From Coleofasciculus sp. B1-GNL1-01 (GTDB lineage Bacteria; Cyanobacteriota; Cyanobacteriia; Cyanobacteriales; Coleofasciculaceae), in NCBI GenBank assembly GCA_040220235.1, contig JAVJTO010000165.1: DNA of 22,432 nucleotides; one strand, 5' to 3'. How positions within the stretch are numbered: position 1 is the stretch's first letter; every line of letters begins with the position of its first letter. The notes below the pieces were generated by a model, which saw only the letters and a list, made by a program, of their open reading frames with translations, made no database searches and was not told the origin of the DNA. Positions 1 to 9,094 of this stretch are shown one piece after another. The translations under genes were made by a program, and so were the position numbers.

Positions 1-194
1 GCAGTTGTTTCTGGGGGACTAGCCCCCCAGACCCCCCAATGGGGGACGAGCGCCTCCCCCATACCCCCTGCGCAACGCTTCGCTAATCCCATACCTCATC
101 CGGTGGTCTTCATCTGTCAATAAGGATGTCAATCAGACTTCATCAAGGTGAACTTCCTAATCAACAAATGACATAAGACAAATGACGAATGACA

Positions 195-2420
195 TCAAGA
201 CCTTGTAGCACCTGTGGGAATTGGCTCCTCTTGTTCTTCTTCTAATTCTTCATCTTCAAAGGTGTCTTCGTCTTCGTCTTCATACTCCAGTTCAATATCT
301 TCCTCAACCTCAGTGGCGCTGACTGGAATCGAGGTATCCGCACCGTTGATAATCGCCCCTAATAGCGGTGATGGCTCGGCTTCCGTTAATTCTTGAGCTG
401 CCAGATTCAGGATTGATTTGTCGCTGTAACCCGGTCGGGTGACGAGTACCATTCCATCGGCTAGGGGTTCAAGCAACAGGGTATCATTGGACAGGGAGAG
501 CGCTGGACTATCAATAACTACAAAGTCAAAGCGATTGCGAGCATCGCTGATAAGCTGTTGAAATTCTCGCGATTCTAGGATAGCGGCGGCTTGTTTTTGG
601 GGTCCGGGACTGGGTACGATATAGAGATTCTCAATATTTGGGGCTAATTGAATGCAAGCACTCTTAGACCCGTAGTACGGTAAGGGTTGGGTCTTCGCTT
701 CCGGTTCAGGGGTGACGTGGTGGAAATGGGCTTGAGAGGATGAGCGCAAATCGGCTTCAATTAATAGGGTACGCTTACCCGCATGAGCTGACGCGATCGC
801 TAAATTATAAGCGGTGGTGCTTTTACCCTCTCCGTTAACCGTGCTGGCGATTAACACCACTTTCAAGGATTTATTTTCCCCACTACAAAGCTTACTGCGG
901 AACCGTTCGTACACCTCTAAATAAGGTGAACTTGACTTGAGTAAAATACCCGTTTGTCCCAAATCTGGGTCAATGCTCATCACCACAGGCAATTCTGCCA
1001 AGACAGGGACATCATGTTGTGCCAGCAATTGCTGGATTTCTTTCGCGGCGTAGAGTTTGCTATCCAAGATAGCTAGGATGAGAATCACACCAGCCGCCGC
1101 GACTAAGCCGACAAAGGTTCCCCCAGCGAGGATGACAATCGGATTAGTTGATTCTTTCCCGCCTTTCTTCTGGACGCCGGGAGGCTGACTAACGCTTAGA
1201 TAGCTCACGGTTTCCGCTTCGGCGGCTTTGGCATCGATGAGTTTAGACTGTAGTGTGTTGTAGAAGTTTTGTTTGAGCTGAAACTGCTGCTGCAAGCGCA
1301 CCTGCTCAAGCTGCCTAGTGGGAATCTGTTGATAGTCTTGAAGCAGTTCCTGTCCAATTCTTTTGGTCGTTTCCAGTTGATCTTGCAGGGTATCGCGTTG
1401 GGTTGATAATGACACCAACGTGTCAGCCAACTGTTTCCGGGCGGGGTCAAGGCTGCTATCGGCTCGGATTTGCGGCGGGGTTAACGCTTCACCTCTGCCG
1501 TTCCCCTGAATCACCTCAGCGGCTCGTCGTGCCAGCATTGCTTCATAGGTACGTTGCTGTCGCTGTAACTCCTGCACATTCGGGTGTTGGTCTTTATACC
1601 CTTGACTCTTGAGCAGTTCTTCCTGAGTTTCAATTTGTTGTAGTTGTTGACGCAAGCCAGCGATGGTGGGATCAGCGCTGAGAGCAGAGTTCGTATAGGC
1701 TTGGTCAGCCGTCAACCCCAACCGCCTCTGCAAACTAGCCATCTGACTCTCAATTCCTTCGAGAGTCTGTTGAATTTGGCGTTGCTGTTGTTGGTTGGCA
1801 CTAATTTGTGCCAGCAAGCTGTTATCTTCAGCTAGGGCTAAGGCTGCACCCTCAATCCGGTTAAAGGTTTCCAGTTCTTCTTGTGCCTGTTTTAGTTCTT
1901 CTTCTGCCTCGGCTGAGCGTGTTTCAATTAAGTCAATCATCGCTTGTAGTCGTCCAGTATTAATCAAACGACTTTGCTCGATCATTTTTTGCATCAGCAC
2001 TTCTACAGTTTTGGCGGCTTGCTCCGGATCATCATCGTTGTAAAACACTCCGATTATTGATGGAGGCGCGGCTTCTTTGTCTCCTTGCGGCGGGTCGAAT
2101 CTCAATTTCACATTATCCTTGATTTCTTTAGGATCAGCGCCCACAGCTATAGAGGTAGCTTTAGTTACATTCTCCTCTAACAGATTCTCTTCTGTCAGTT
2201 GCAACCCCTGCTGTTTAATTTGCGTTCCAGTTTCCGAAAAGGTTTGCACCGGAGGCGTAACCGACAAAATTCCAACAGCTTCGTAAGACACAGCACTGGG
2301 GGGAGATGGCATAATCGCCACAACGCCCGATCCGCCAGTAATTAAAGCAAAAATACCGATACCAATAAATTTATAGCGATCAAGAGCGATTAAATAACGT
2401 TTAATTAAGGGGATAGTCAT
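195..2420 (-). CDS. wzc: Wzc/GumC-like polysaccharide co-polymerase with BY-kinase domain
   Basis: 741 aa: N-terminal TM, long coiled coil, second TM (IVILAGGTFVGLVAAAGVILILAIL), then Walker A (STVNGEGKST), A' (LLIEADLR) and B (VVIDSP); downstream of a wza-like gene. Confidence 0.88.
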   Translation of the reverse strand: MTIPLIKRYLIALDRYKFIGIGIFALITGGSGVVAIMPSPPSAVSYEAVGILSVTPPVQTFSETGTQIKQQGLQLTEENLLEENVTKATSIAVGADPKEIKDNVKLRFDPPQGDKEAAPPSIIGVFYNDDDPEQAAKTVEVLMQKMIEQSRLINTGRLQAMIDLIETRSAEAEEELKQAQEELETFNRIEGAALALAEDNSLLAQISANQQQQRQIQQTLEGIESQMASLQRRLGLTADQAYTNSALSADPTIAGLRQQLQQIETQEELLKSQGYKDQHPNVQELQRQQRTYEAMLARRAAEVIQGNGRGEALTPPQIRADSSLDPARKQLADTLVSLSTQRDTLQDQLETTKRIGQELLQDYQQIPTRQLEQVRLQQQFQLKQNFYNTLQSKLIDAKAAEAETVSYLSVSQPPGVQKKGGKESTNPIVILAGGTFVGLVAAAGVILILAILDSKLYAAKEIQQLLAQHDVPVLAELPVVMSIDPDLGQTGILLKSSSPYLEVYERFRSKLCSGENKSLKVVLIASTVNGEGKSTTAYNLAIASAHAGKRTLLIEADLRSSSQAHFHHVTPEPEAKTQPLPYYGSKSACIQLAPNIENLYIVPSPGPQKQAAAILESREFQQLISDARNRFDFVVIDSPALSLSNDTLLLEPLADGMVLVTRPGYSDKSILNLAAQELTEAEPSPLLGAIINGADTSIPVSATEVEEDIELEYEDEDEDTFEDEELEEEQEEPIPTGATRS

Positions 2421-2630
2421 AGCAATTTAACTGAACGAGTCGTGCAGGCGGAGTCTAGGAGAGGATGCACTGAATGGAGGTATACTAAACTAAGAGAACT
2501 TATGTCAAAAGGTCTGTGCTTGTATTCTAGCTCAGCACCTCTGTAAGAGGATAGTGGAAGGGATGCGATCACGCAGCCATTCAACGAGCAACGTCTTGTC
2601 CGGATAACAAATTGCATCTCTTCCCTGCTC

Positions 2631-2654
2631 CCAGACGTGCCATGGCACGTCTGG
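2631..2654. repeat. REP-like palindrome, AGACGYGCCATGGCRCGTCT family
   Basis: Perfect 24-bp palindrome ccagacgtgccatggcacgtctgg; relatives at ~6466-6488, 10533-10562 and 11656-11685. Confidence 0.8.
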
Positions 2655-2685
2655 AACACTCATCACAATGCTGATTCAGCAAGCC

Positions 2686-3896
2686 CTAGTTATTATCCCC
2701 TGAGCCAAACACATCCCCGACATTCTCAAAAAAGTTGCGAAATCCCAGAAAATCACTAAAGGGTCGAGTCACTAAACGCAAAGCATAGTTGATTTTAGCG
2801 ATAAGGCTACGACCAACCACAATAACATCTTCATTCTGCAAAGGGACATTTTGCGCCAAATCACCCATGAGGACAGCCTTCCCATCAATCTCCTGGGTCA
2901 CAACTTTACCCCGTTCTGGATCAAACCGCATTAAAGCAATCTCACCTAAATCCGCATCCTCCAAACTTGGCGCTAGCGAGGTCAATGCATCAATAAAATT
3001 ACTGCCATTGGGCAAATCCAGGTTGCCAATTCGACCAGTGGGATAACTCAAGACTCGCAGCCTAATTTGCGGTGTCGCTAGCGTCGAGCGAGAGGCGAGA
3101 CTGCGGTCATAATCCATAGTTGTACCCGTTTCCAATTCCAATACGACAACAGAATCCCCATCCCGGAGACGCACATCCGGTAAGGCTGTCGCATTTTGCA
3201 ACGGTGTAAATAAATCAATCTGTTGTTCAATAATCGAATTATCCACAGGAGAACGCCGACGCACGATGACAGTACGCAAGTCAGCCAGATTCGTGGTTCC
3301 GCCAGCCGCTTGTAGAGCCGCCGTAAGCTGGGAACCGGGCGCTAGGGAATAATAACCCGGTCGAGTCACTTCACCGGCAATGGTTATTGTAGCGGGACGC
3401 AATCCGGCTAGAACCACCGTTACATCAGGGTCAACTACAAATTCACTATACGCGGCGGCTAGTTTCGCTTCAACTTGGTCGGGAGTAAGTCCGAGGACGT
3501 TAATTTTACCGACTAAGGGAACTAATATATTCCCTTGTAAATCAATTGTGCCGGAAAAATTAAGGTCAGGAAAACGTTCTACCGTAACCGCAATGGAATC
3601 ACCAATACCGAGAACATATTCATTAAATTGAGTATCCGGGACTCTTTGCGGCGATTCTTCTGGGTAACCCAGGGGGGGCGGTGGGGCAAAGGGATCAGGA
3701 ACATTAATATTTACGCCCTCTGTCGGACTATTAATGTCTTGTGGAGGTGGCAAGGTGGGAATTTGGGCATGTTCTCTTTGGGGAGTTGATGCTGAAGGTT
3801 CTACTATTCTCTGAGACGTTGCCCAAGCGATTGAATTAATTTGCCCTAACCAGCCAATTGCGATTAATGTGCCGACAGCATACCAATTAACTTTAG
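2686..3896 (-). CDS. wza: Polysaccharide export protein (Wza-like, Poly_export + SLBB domains); native start displaced by the IscB element
   Basis: EYVLGIGDSIAVTV...GNILVPLVG motif, SLBB repeats (GEVTRPGYY, LTAALQAAGG, LRDGDSVVV, LQNEDVIVV). The ORF-track start at 4017 lies inside the IS; the native N-terminus reconstructs as TTG-A (5553-5550) joined to CT AAA GTT (3896 downward). Confidence 0.85.
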
Positions 3897-3955
3897 CAAA
3901 ATCTCGCAGAATCCTACGTCTTGTATGCGTAGCATCAAGCGTAGATGAATGCGAG

Positions 3956-5290
3956 TCAGGATGTAAGTTGTTCACAGACTCCCTTCCTCCATAAATAAGG
4001 TTGAACTTTTTTGACATCAGCCGTTAAGTTTTTATCTGCATACAAAGCCACGATGGCACCTAAATTTTGCATACCTCTAACGCGATACACTTCCCCGTCG
4101 AATATCACTAAATCGTTTTGTTGGTATGGATATCGAGACTTTCTGATTGAACGTCGCCCCTTGCTTGTTTTTTGCCCTCGATAAATTCTAAGGTTCTCAC
4201 TGTTTAAGTTTTTATTTCGAGTCCGTCTACCAGAAAACAAGGCTGAACCTGCAACTTTTTTTCCGGTTCTTACATCAATATATTTGGCATCATAGAACTG
4301 CTCAAGAGAGCGTCTATTCCTCCTTGTTTGCTCTAAGTTAAGTACTTGGCATCGTATCTGATTTGTCCCACCTGCGATAACAAAAGCATCGTTTTGATGC
4401 GTTTTTGGCAACTCCAAAGCTTCTCTATCCGCTTCAGTAATGTAGCCATAAGTTTCTTGAACATTTAAAGTTTCAACTAACTTCTTGTACACTATCGTCA
4501 TGAATGTTTCAGCTTTAAATGACTTGAGTTTTGGTTCCCATCCAAACAGAGACTTGCCTTTTTTATGATTTGCAGGTGTATGACACTTCGAGCAAAGTGT
4601 AATCAGATTAGATGGTTTGTTGCTTCGATCAGGTGGTAATTTCCAAAAGCCTAAATGATGAACTTGCAAAATCTTTTGTTCTGACTTGTTTTTGCAGTCT
4701 GGGTTTTGGCACTTGTAACCATCACGATGGCGAACATAAGAAGAAAGATTTTTCCATCCATACTGTTCTCCTTGTTGGTACTGTTCGCCTTGAATCTGAG
4801 GGGTTTTGATTTTCTGGATGTCAAACTTGGTTGTCTCAACAACAACTCTAGTCACAGGAAGTCTTGCTTTTATCCGCTCAACTAGCTTGATCTGACTATC
4901 AAATTTATGTTGAATGCTTGGAGCCAGCCATTCTTCTTGACGCTCCCGATTATCAAATCTAGGTTGACGATGCCGTAAACGATTACGTCTTGTCCTACGG
5001 TATTTTCGACGTTCTGTTATTCGCTCAGACATTCCTTCTAAAAGTTTTAATTCACCTCCGATTAACTCTTCTTTTTCAGTTACAGCACTATACCCAACTG
5101 TTTGATAACCCGAATCAATGCCTAAAGTTACAGGTTGAGTATAACCTCGACATCCATAAAGAAGTTGAATTGTAAAAGGTCTACGAGCATAAATTTTGGC
5201 TCTGCCACTTTCTAACAACTTTCTCGCTTTACGAGGTGTTGTCGGCATCAAAGGTCTACCATGTTTGTTGACTACGAGTACTTTTTGCAT
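3956..5290 (-). CDS. iscB: IscB RNA-guided endonuclease (PLMP, RuvC, RRXRR bridge helix, HNH)
   Basis: GRPLMPT; RuvC-I LGIDSG; RRKYRRTRRNR; RuvC-II VVVETTKFD; HNH with CQNPDC...VHH...NLITLCSKCH; RuvC-III THQNDAFVIA. Confidence 0.95.
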   Translation of the reverse strand: MQKVLVVNKHGRPLMPTTPRKARKLLESGRAKIYARRPFTIQLLYGCRGYTQPVTLGIDSGYQTVGYSAVTEKEELIGGELKLLEGMSERITERRKYRRTRRNRLRHRQPRFDNRERQEEWLAPSIQHKFDSQIKLVERIKARLPVTRVVVETTKFDIQKIKTPQIQGEQYQQGEQYGWKNLSSYVRHRDGYKCQNPDCKNKSEQKILQVHHLGFWKLPPDRSNKPSNLITLCSKCHTPANHKKGKSLFGWEPKLKSFKAETFMTIVYKKLVETLNVQETYGYITEADREALELPKTHQNDAFVIAGGTNQIRCQVLNLEQTRRNRRSLEQFYDAKYIDVRTGKKVAGSALFSGRRTRNKNLNSENLRIYRGQKTSKGRRSIRKSRYPYQQNDLVIFDGEVYRVRGMQNLGAIVALYADKNLTADVKKVQPYLWRKGVCEQLTS

Positions 5291-5549
5291 TGGTTTGAAC
5301 TAGATCAAGTTCGTCTCTTGCGAGTGGTTCACTTCGCCAAAGTTATCTCAGGTTTTGTACGTTCTACACACTTGTGTTACCCATCACAGATGTTTAATGT
5401 AAAACCGCAGTGTCACAGAACTGGTGAAGCATTCTGAAGTGCCTATATATTCTGAGATAACGTAGCTATTTCTAGCTGAGGCTAATCAACAAGGGCGCTT
5501 TTCACACGCCCCGCTTCTATCCGTTAAGGATGAAGCGTGGGTTGTTGAC
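5291..5549 (-). ncRNA. omegaRNA scaffold of IscB (HEARO-like); guide expected from the flank at about 5550-5568
   Basis: 259-nt non-coding segment directly 5' of iscB starting GTCAACAA, which can pair with a downstream TTGTTGAT; multiple hairpins; position matches the established IscB locus layout. Confidence 0.8.
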
Positions 5550-5602
5550 TCAAAATTATTCCCTCCACATCACTCAATTATCAGGACGGGTTTAGCCACA
5601 AT

Positions 5603-5666
5603 TGTAGGGGCGGGTTTAGGGACTCAATTCAAATATCCACCAATAATGGAACAACAAAACCCGCCC
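5603..5666. repeat. REPIN-like GTAGGGGCGGGTTT...AAACCCGCCC element
   Basis: Inverted arms around a variable spacer; relatives at ~6498-6563, ~8954-9007 and ~13631-13691. Confidence 0.7.
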
Positions 5667-5721
5667 TCCCCACCGATAACTCCCCCTGCTTCCCCAGCTC
5701 CCTCTGCTCCCTCTGCGCCCC

Positions 5722-6444
5722 TTAATCCTCTCCCGCCAACGGTTCTGTCATCAACGTTTTTTGCACAGTTTGACTGAGAGATTCAGCGATAGGTTTGACC
5801 TCTGCCAAATCCCCTAACGGTTCCATGGGAATCTGGATAGAAACCGCTATCCATGGTACTCGCTGACGCTTTAACTGGGCAATTTGGTCAACCCAAAACC
5901 ATTGACGGGTGGCGGGATGACCCCCTGTCGCCCAAGCGTACCACTGAACAACGGCAAAGGTTTGTTGTTGAGTCCAAGCGCGAAAGAGACGGGCATTAAC
6001 TTGCGCCTGCTGGGATTGCGTTTCAACGGTAAAGTTTAAGCGTTGATGGGAATCCTTCTTCCATTGAAAGACACCATTAATATCCATCCATTCAACCTGG
6101 GGTTGATCAATCGGACCATTAGGAGGACGTAATAATAACAATACAGGTTTATCCAAGTCTCCCTTAATTTCCTGATACGACCATTTATGTCCCCCTAAGG
6201 TTACGGTTCGTTGCTCTAGGGTTTCCCAGCCCGGAATCTCTAACCCCTCAATTTGCACCACTTTGATGCTACTGAAATTGGCAAATCTCGGTGGCTCAAT
6301 CCACGACCAGTTGCCTGTCAAATAACTGGGTACTGCCCCGATCGCGACAATGACTAACAACAACAGTAACACGATCGCGCGGTTGAATCGCAAGCGTTTA
6401 ATCACCTGGCGCAGTCTTGAGGATTTCATCTGATTTGCCTTCAT
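5722..6444 (-). CDS. Cyanoexosortase B system-associated protein (EpsI-like partner)
   Basis: N-terminal TM then GAVPSYLTGNWSW, PQVEWMDING, TFAVVQWYAW motifs; immediately downstream of the exosortase. Confidence 0.8.
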   Translation of the reverse strand: MKANQMKSSRLRQVIKRLRFNRAIVLLLLLVIVAIGAVPSYLTGNWSWIEPPRFANFSSIKVVQIEGLEIPGWETLEQRTVTLGGHKWSYQEIKGDLDKPVLLLLRPPNGPIDQPQVEWMDINGVFQWKKDSHQRLNFTVETQSQQAQVNARLFRAWTQQQTFAVVQWYAWATGGHPATRQWFWVDQIAQLKRQRVPWIAVSIQIPMEPLGDLAEVKPIAESLSQTVQKTLMTEPLAGED

Positions 6445-6582
6445 GGGCGGAAGAGTTTTGAGTGTTCCAGACGTGTCATGGCGCGTCTTTAAGTTTGTGT
6501 AGGGGCGGGTTTAGGGATTTTAGGCTTGGCTATTGATGGTAACGTTTGTACAAAACCCACCCTGACTAAATACAAACGTTTT

Positions 6583-7482
6583 TTAACCTCCCTCAGATAC
6601 AGAATCAGGGGTTTGAGGTTCGGCATCAACAGAACGTTCAATGACTTTCAGTAAAAGCACCAGAATACCCAACATTCCCGCCGAATATAGATCTCCACCC
6701 CAACTTTCATGCAGCCAATGGAATGCCCCATCCATCCCAGTACCATGGAAGAATGTGAGTAGGGTATTGCGGATAATATTACCAATTACACTAACCAACA
6801 CCGCACCAATGAGCAACAATGTGGTCTTCTGTCGGGATATCCACGCCCCACTCCAGTACAACAGCATTAAACTCACATATAAACTGGTAAACAGCATCTT
6901 TAATCCAGCGCAGTGAGGGGCAACTTCCACAATTCGTCCGCCGACAAATAAGTTAATGCCGACAACATTAACATCAATGCCAAATTGAATCAAAATAAAT
7001 CCGGCAACTCCGGCAATAAAGCGTTGTAGGGGCAAGGCGTAGGGTTCGATTAAGTAAGGAAAGGCAGTGGGTGTTGCCAAAATCACCAACAGTAGGGGAA
7101 AGCTTTGTAAGCGTAAGCCCGGAATCCCTTTAAACCACAAACAAAGTCCCGCTAAAACCGTGGGAAAGGAAATATTAACCAGTTCCGATTGACCCGACAG
7201 ATAAAAAACACCACCAACTGCCAGTAATCCTAACCCAATATAATTTGATTTATCTGGTATGGCTTGCCACTGCTGGCGATGAGTCCAAGCGATGTAGGCG
7301 GCAAAAGGCAAACCAATTAAACCGTGGCTAAAGTATTCATGCTCAATACTAATACTTTTATTCAGCCAGCCATCATACCAGTGGATGAGTAAAGGCGCAT
7401 AGAGGATAATCAGTAAAGCTGCGATCGCACCATCCCACAGGTGACGGTTAATAGCAGTAGGAATCTTTTGTCCAAGTTGCAT
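6583..7482 (-). CDS. crtB: Cyanoexosortase B (exosortase family; unrelated to phytoene synthase CrtB)
   Basis: Multi-TM protein; EHEYFSHG, catalytic-type VAPHCAGLKML, GNIIRN and WLHESWGG (Cys/Arg/His triad of exosortases). Confidence 0.9.
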   Translation of the reverse strand: MQLGQKIPTAINRHLWDGAIAALLIILYAPLLIHWYDGWLNKSISIEHEYFSHGLIGLPFAAYIAWTHRQQWQAIPDKSNYIGLGLLAVGGVFYLSGQSELVNISFPTVLAGLCLWFKGIPGLRLQSFPLLLVILATPTAFPYLIEPYALPLQRFIAGVAGFILIQFGIDVNVVGINLFVGGRIVEVAPHCAGLKMLFTSLYVSLMLLYWSGAWISRQKTTLLLIGAVLVSVIGNIIRNTLLTFFHGTGMDGAFHWLHESWGGDLYSAGMLGILVLLLKVIERSVDAEPQTPDSVSEGG

Positions 7483-7516
7483 AATTGTACCCCGAAATTA
7501 CAGCCGCCGGATGCGG

Positions 7517-8656
7517 TTACAACAGGCTATTGAGGCAATCAACCACCCGCTCAATTTGAGCGTTACTTATTCCAGGATACATAGGCAATGATAAAATTTC
7601 CTGGCACAGGGTCTCGGCATGGGGAAAATCACCCGCTTGATAGCCCAAATAGTGATAAGCGGGTTGTAAATGGCAAGGGAGGGGATAATGGATACCCGTT
7701 TGAATCCCAGCGGTATTGAGTTTCTCTTGCACCATTTCACGAGTCAGGGAACAGGCGGCGGTAATCCGGATGACGTACAGATGATACACATGACCCGTAC
7801 CGCTTTGGTTTTGGATGGGGATAATCCCTTTATCGGCTAGCGGTGCTAATAATTGGTCATAATACTGGGCGGCGGCGTTGCGAGACTGATTCCATTGGTG
7901 TAAGTGGGGTAACTTGGCGTTAAGAATCGCTGCTTGGATGGAATCTAAGCGACTATTTTTGCCCAGTTCTGAGTGATAATATTTACGGGGTGCGCCATAA
8001 TTCCGCAGCGATCGCAAGGTCTGATAGACATCGGGATCACTCGTCAGGGCGATTCCGCCATCGCCAAACGCGCCTAAATTCTTACTCGGATAAAAGCTAA
8101 AACCAGCGGCTTCACCCACCGAACCCGCCCGATACCCGTCCCGTTGGGCTAAATGGGCTTGGGCGGCGTCTTCAAAGAGTAACAGGTTATGGCTATGGGC
8201 AAAGTTGAGTGATTGCGGCGGTGATACCATCTGACCATAGAGGTGAACGGGTATAATCGCCTTGGTTTTGGGAGTGATTGCCCTTTGTGCTGCATTCAGG
8301 TCAATCAGGGCGGTGTTGGGGTCACAATCGGTTAAGACGGGCGTCGCCTTTGCCTCAAGCACACCAATGAGGGTGGCAATAAACGTATTGGCAGGAACAA
8401 TCACTTCATCACCTGCACCAATCCCATTTGCTTGTAATCCTAGCGCGATCGCATCCGTCCCGGAAGCGACACCGACACCATACTCTGCACCAGACGCCGC
8501 CGCAAATGCTGCTTCCAACTCGGCTAAGGCTTGACCTAAAACGAAATCGCCGCGCTGGATAACCGTCTGAATCGCTTGTTCAATGTCCGCTTGAATCGGC
8601 TGGTGTTGCAGCGTCAGATCAACAAAGGGAATGGTTTCTGGGGGTGGGGGGTTCAT
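7517..8656 (-). CDS. DegT/DnrJ/EryC1/StrS family sugar aminotransferase
   Basis: IPFVDL, GVASGTDA, PVHLYGQ, EDAAQAH, SFYPSKNLGAFGDGG (PLP lysine), LSLPMYP. Confidence 0.93.
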   Translation of the reverse strand: MNPPPPETIPFVDLTLQHQPIQADIEQAIQTVIQRGDFVLGQALAELEAAFAAASGAEYGVGVASGTDAIALGLQANGIGAGDEVIVPANTFIATLIGVLEAKATPVLTDCDPNTALIDLNAAQRAITPKTKAIIPVHLYGQMVSPPQSLNFAHSHNLLLFEDAAQAHLAQRDGYRAGSVGEAAGFSFYPSKNLGAFGDGGIALTSDPDVYQTLRSLRNYGAPRKYYHSELGKNSRLDSIQAAILNAKLPHLHQWNQSRNAAAQYYDQLLAPLADKGIIPIQNQSGTGHVYHLYVIRITAACSLTREMVQEKLNTAGIQTGIHYPLPCHLQPAYHYLGYQAGDFPHAETLCQEILSLPMYPGISNAQIERVVDCLNSLL

Positions 8657-8692
8657 GAATACACTGGGAAAGAATAGGAGTTTGCTGAGTTA

Positions 8693-8841
8693 AGTAGGTG
8701 GGGACAATTAAAGTTAACGGTAGGGAACTCGCTTCCCTTGAGAAGCAAGCTACGTCATTCGTCATTCGTCCGTCCTTATGTAAGGGTTTGAGACTTTTTA
8801 ACATAACTTCATAAGGTTGAGTTTATTTCCACCAACCTACT
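8693..8841. mobile_element. MITE-like element with TA flanks (IS630/Tc1-mariner type)
   Basis: TA|AGTAGGTGGGGACAATTAAA ... TTTATTTCCACCAACCTACT|TA: imperfect terminal inverted repeats, TA on both sides, no transposase. Confidence 0.6.
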
Positions 8842-9094
8842 TAGGATTTTATCCCTTATTTAATTTATGTCCGATTTAGGTGCTAATGCCTACCCCTGAA
8901 TTGTCAAGTTTTGATAAAGTTTCCGGTTAACCTACGTCTGGTAGCAACGTTGTCGGGGCGGGTTTTACCGATAAGACTTTGGTATCTACCGATAACTTAA
9001 CTAAACCTTAGTTTTTGCGGTATGTGGCGTCACGAAGGGAAGTAAATTTAAAAAGCTACAATTGTAGCTAAGGGAGTAGCATCGGGAGAACTTC

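Larger units (their letters stand above)
3897..5549 (-). mobile_element. Non-autonomous IS200/IS605-superfamily IscB (OMEGA) element, ~1653 bp, no tnpA
   Basis: Minus strand begins GTCAACAACCCACGCTTC with a subterminal hairpin; the other end carries hairpin CTACGCTTGATGC-TAC-GCATACAAGACGTAG and ends GAGATTTTG next to CTAA (TTAG on + strand, 3893-3896); removal restores an in-frame wza start. Confidence 0.85.

Noticed and set aside
10..70. GC-rich hairpin cluster at the window start
   Set aside because: Resembles a common cyanobacterial intergenic repeat but is at the window edge with no second copy, so it cannot be characterised
2417..2659. 80-aa ORF between wza and wzc, and similar short ORFs at 8619-8804 and 11593-11835
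   Set aside because: They start in or run across REP/MITE sequence and have no recognisable protein features
2686..4017. ORF-track 443-aa Wza starting at 4017 as the native gene
   Set aside because: The first ~41 codons lie inside iscB and the element end; the native start reconstructs across the insertion
3897..5549. IStron (self-splicing intron-IS) explanation for an insertion inside a CDS
   Set aside because: Non-coding space is only 259 nt plus ~60 nt and is accounted for by the omegaRNA and end hairpin; no group I intron core recognised
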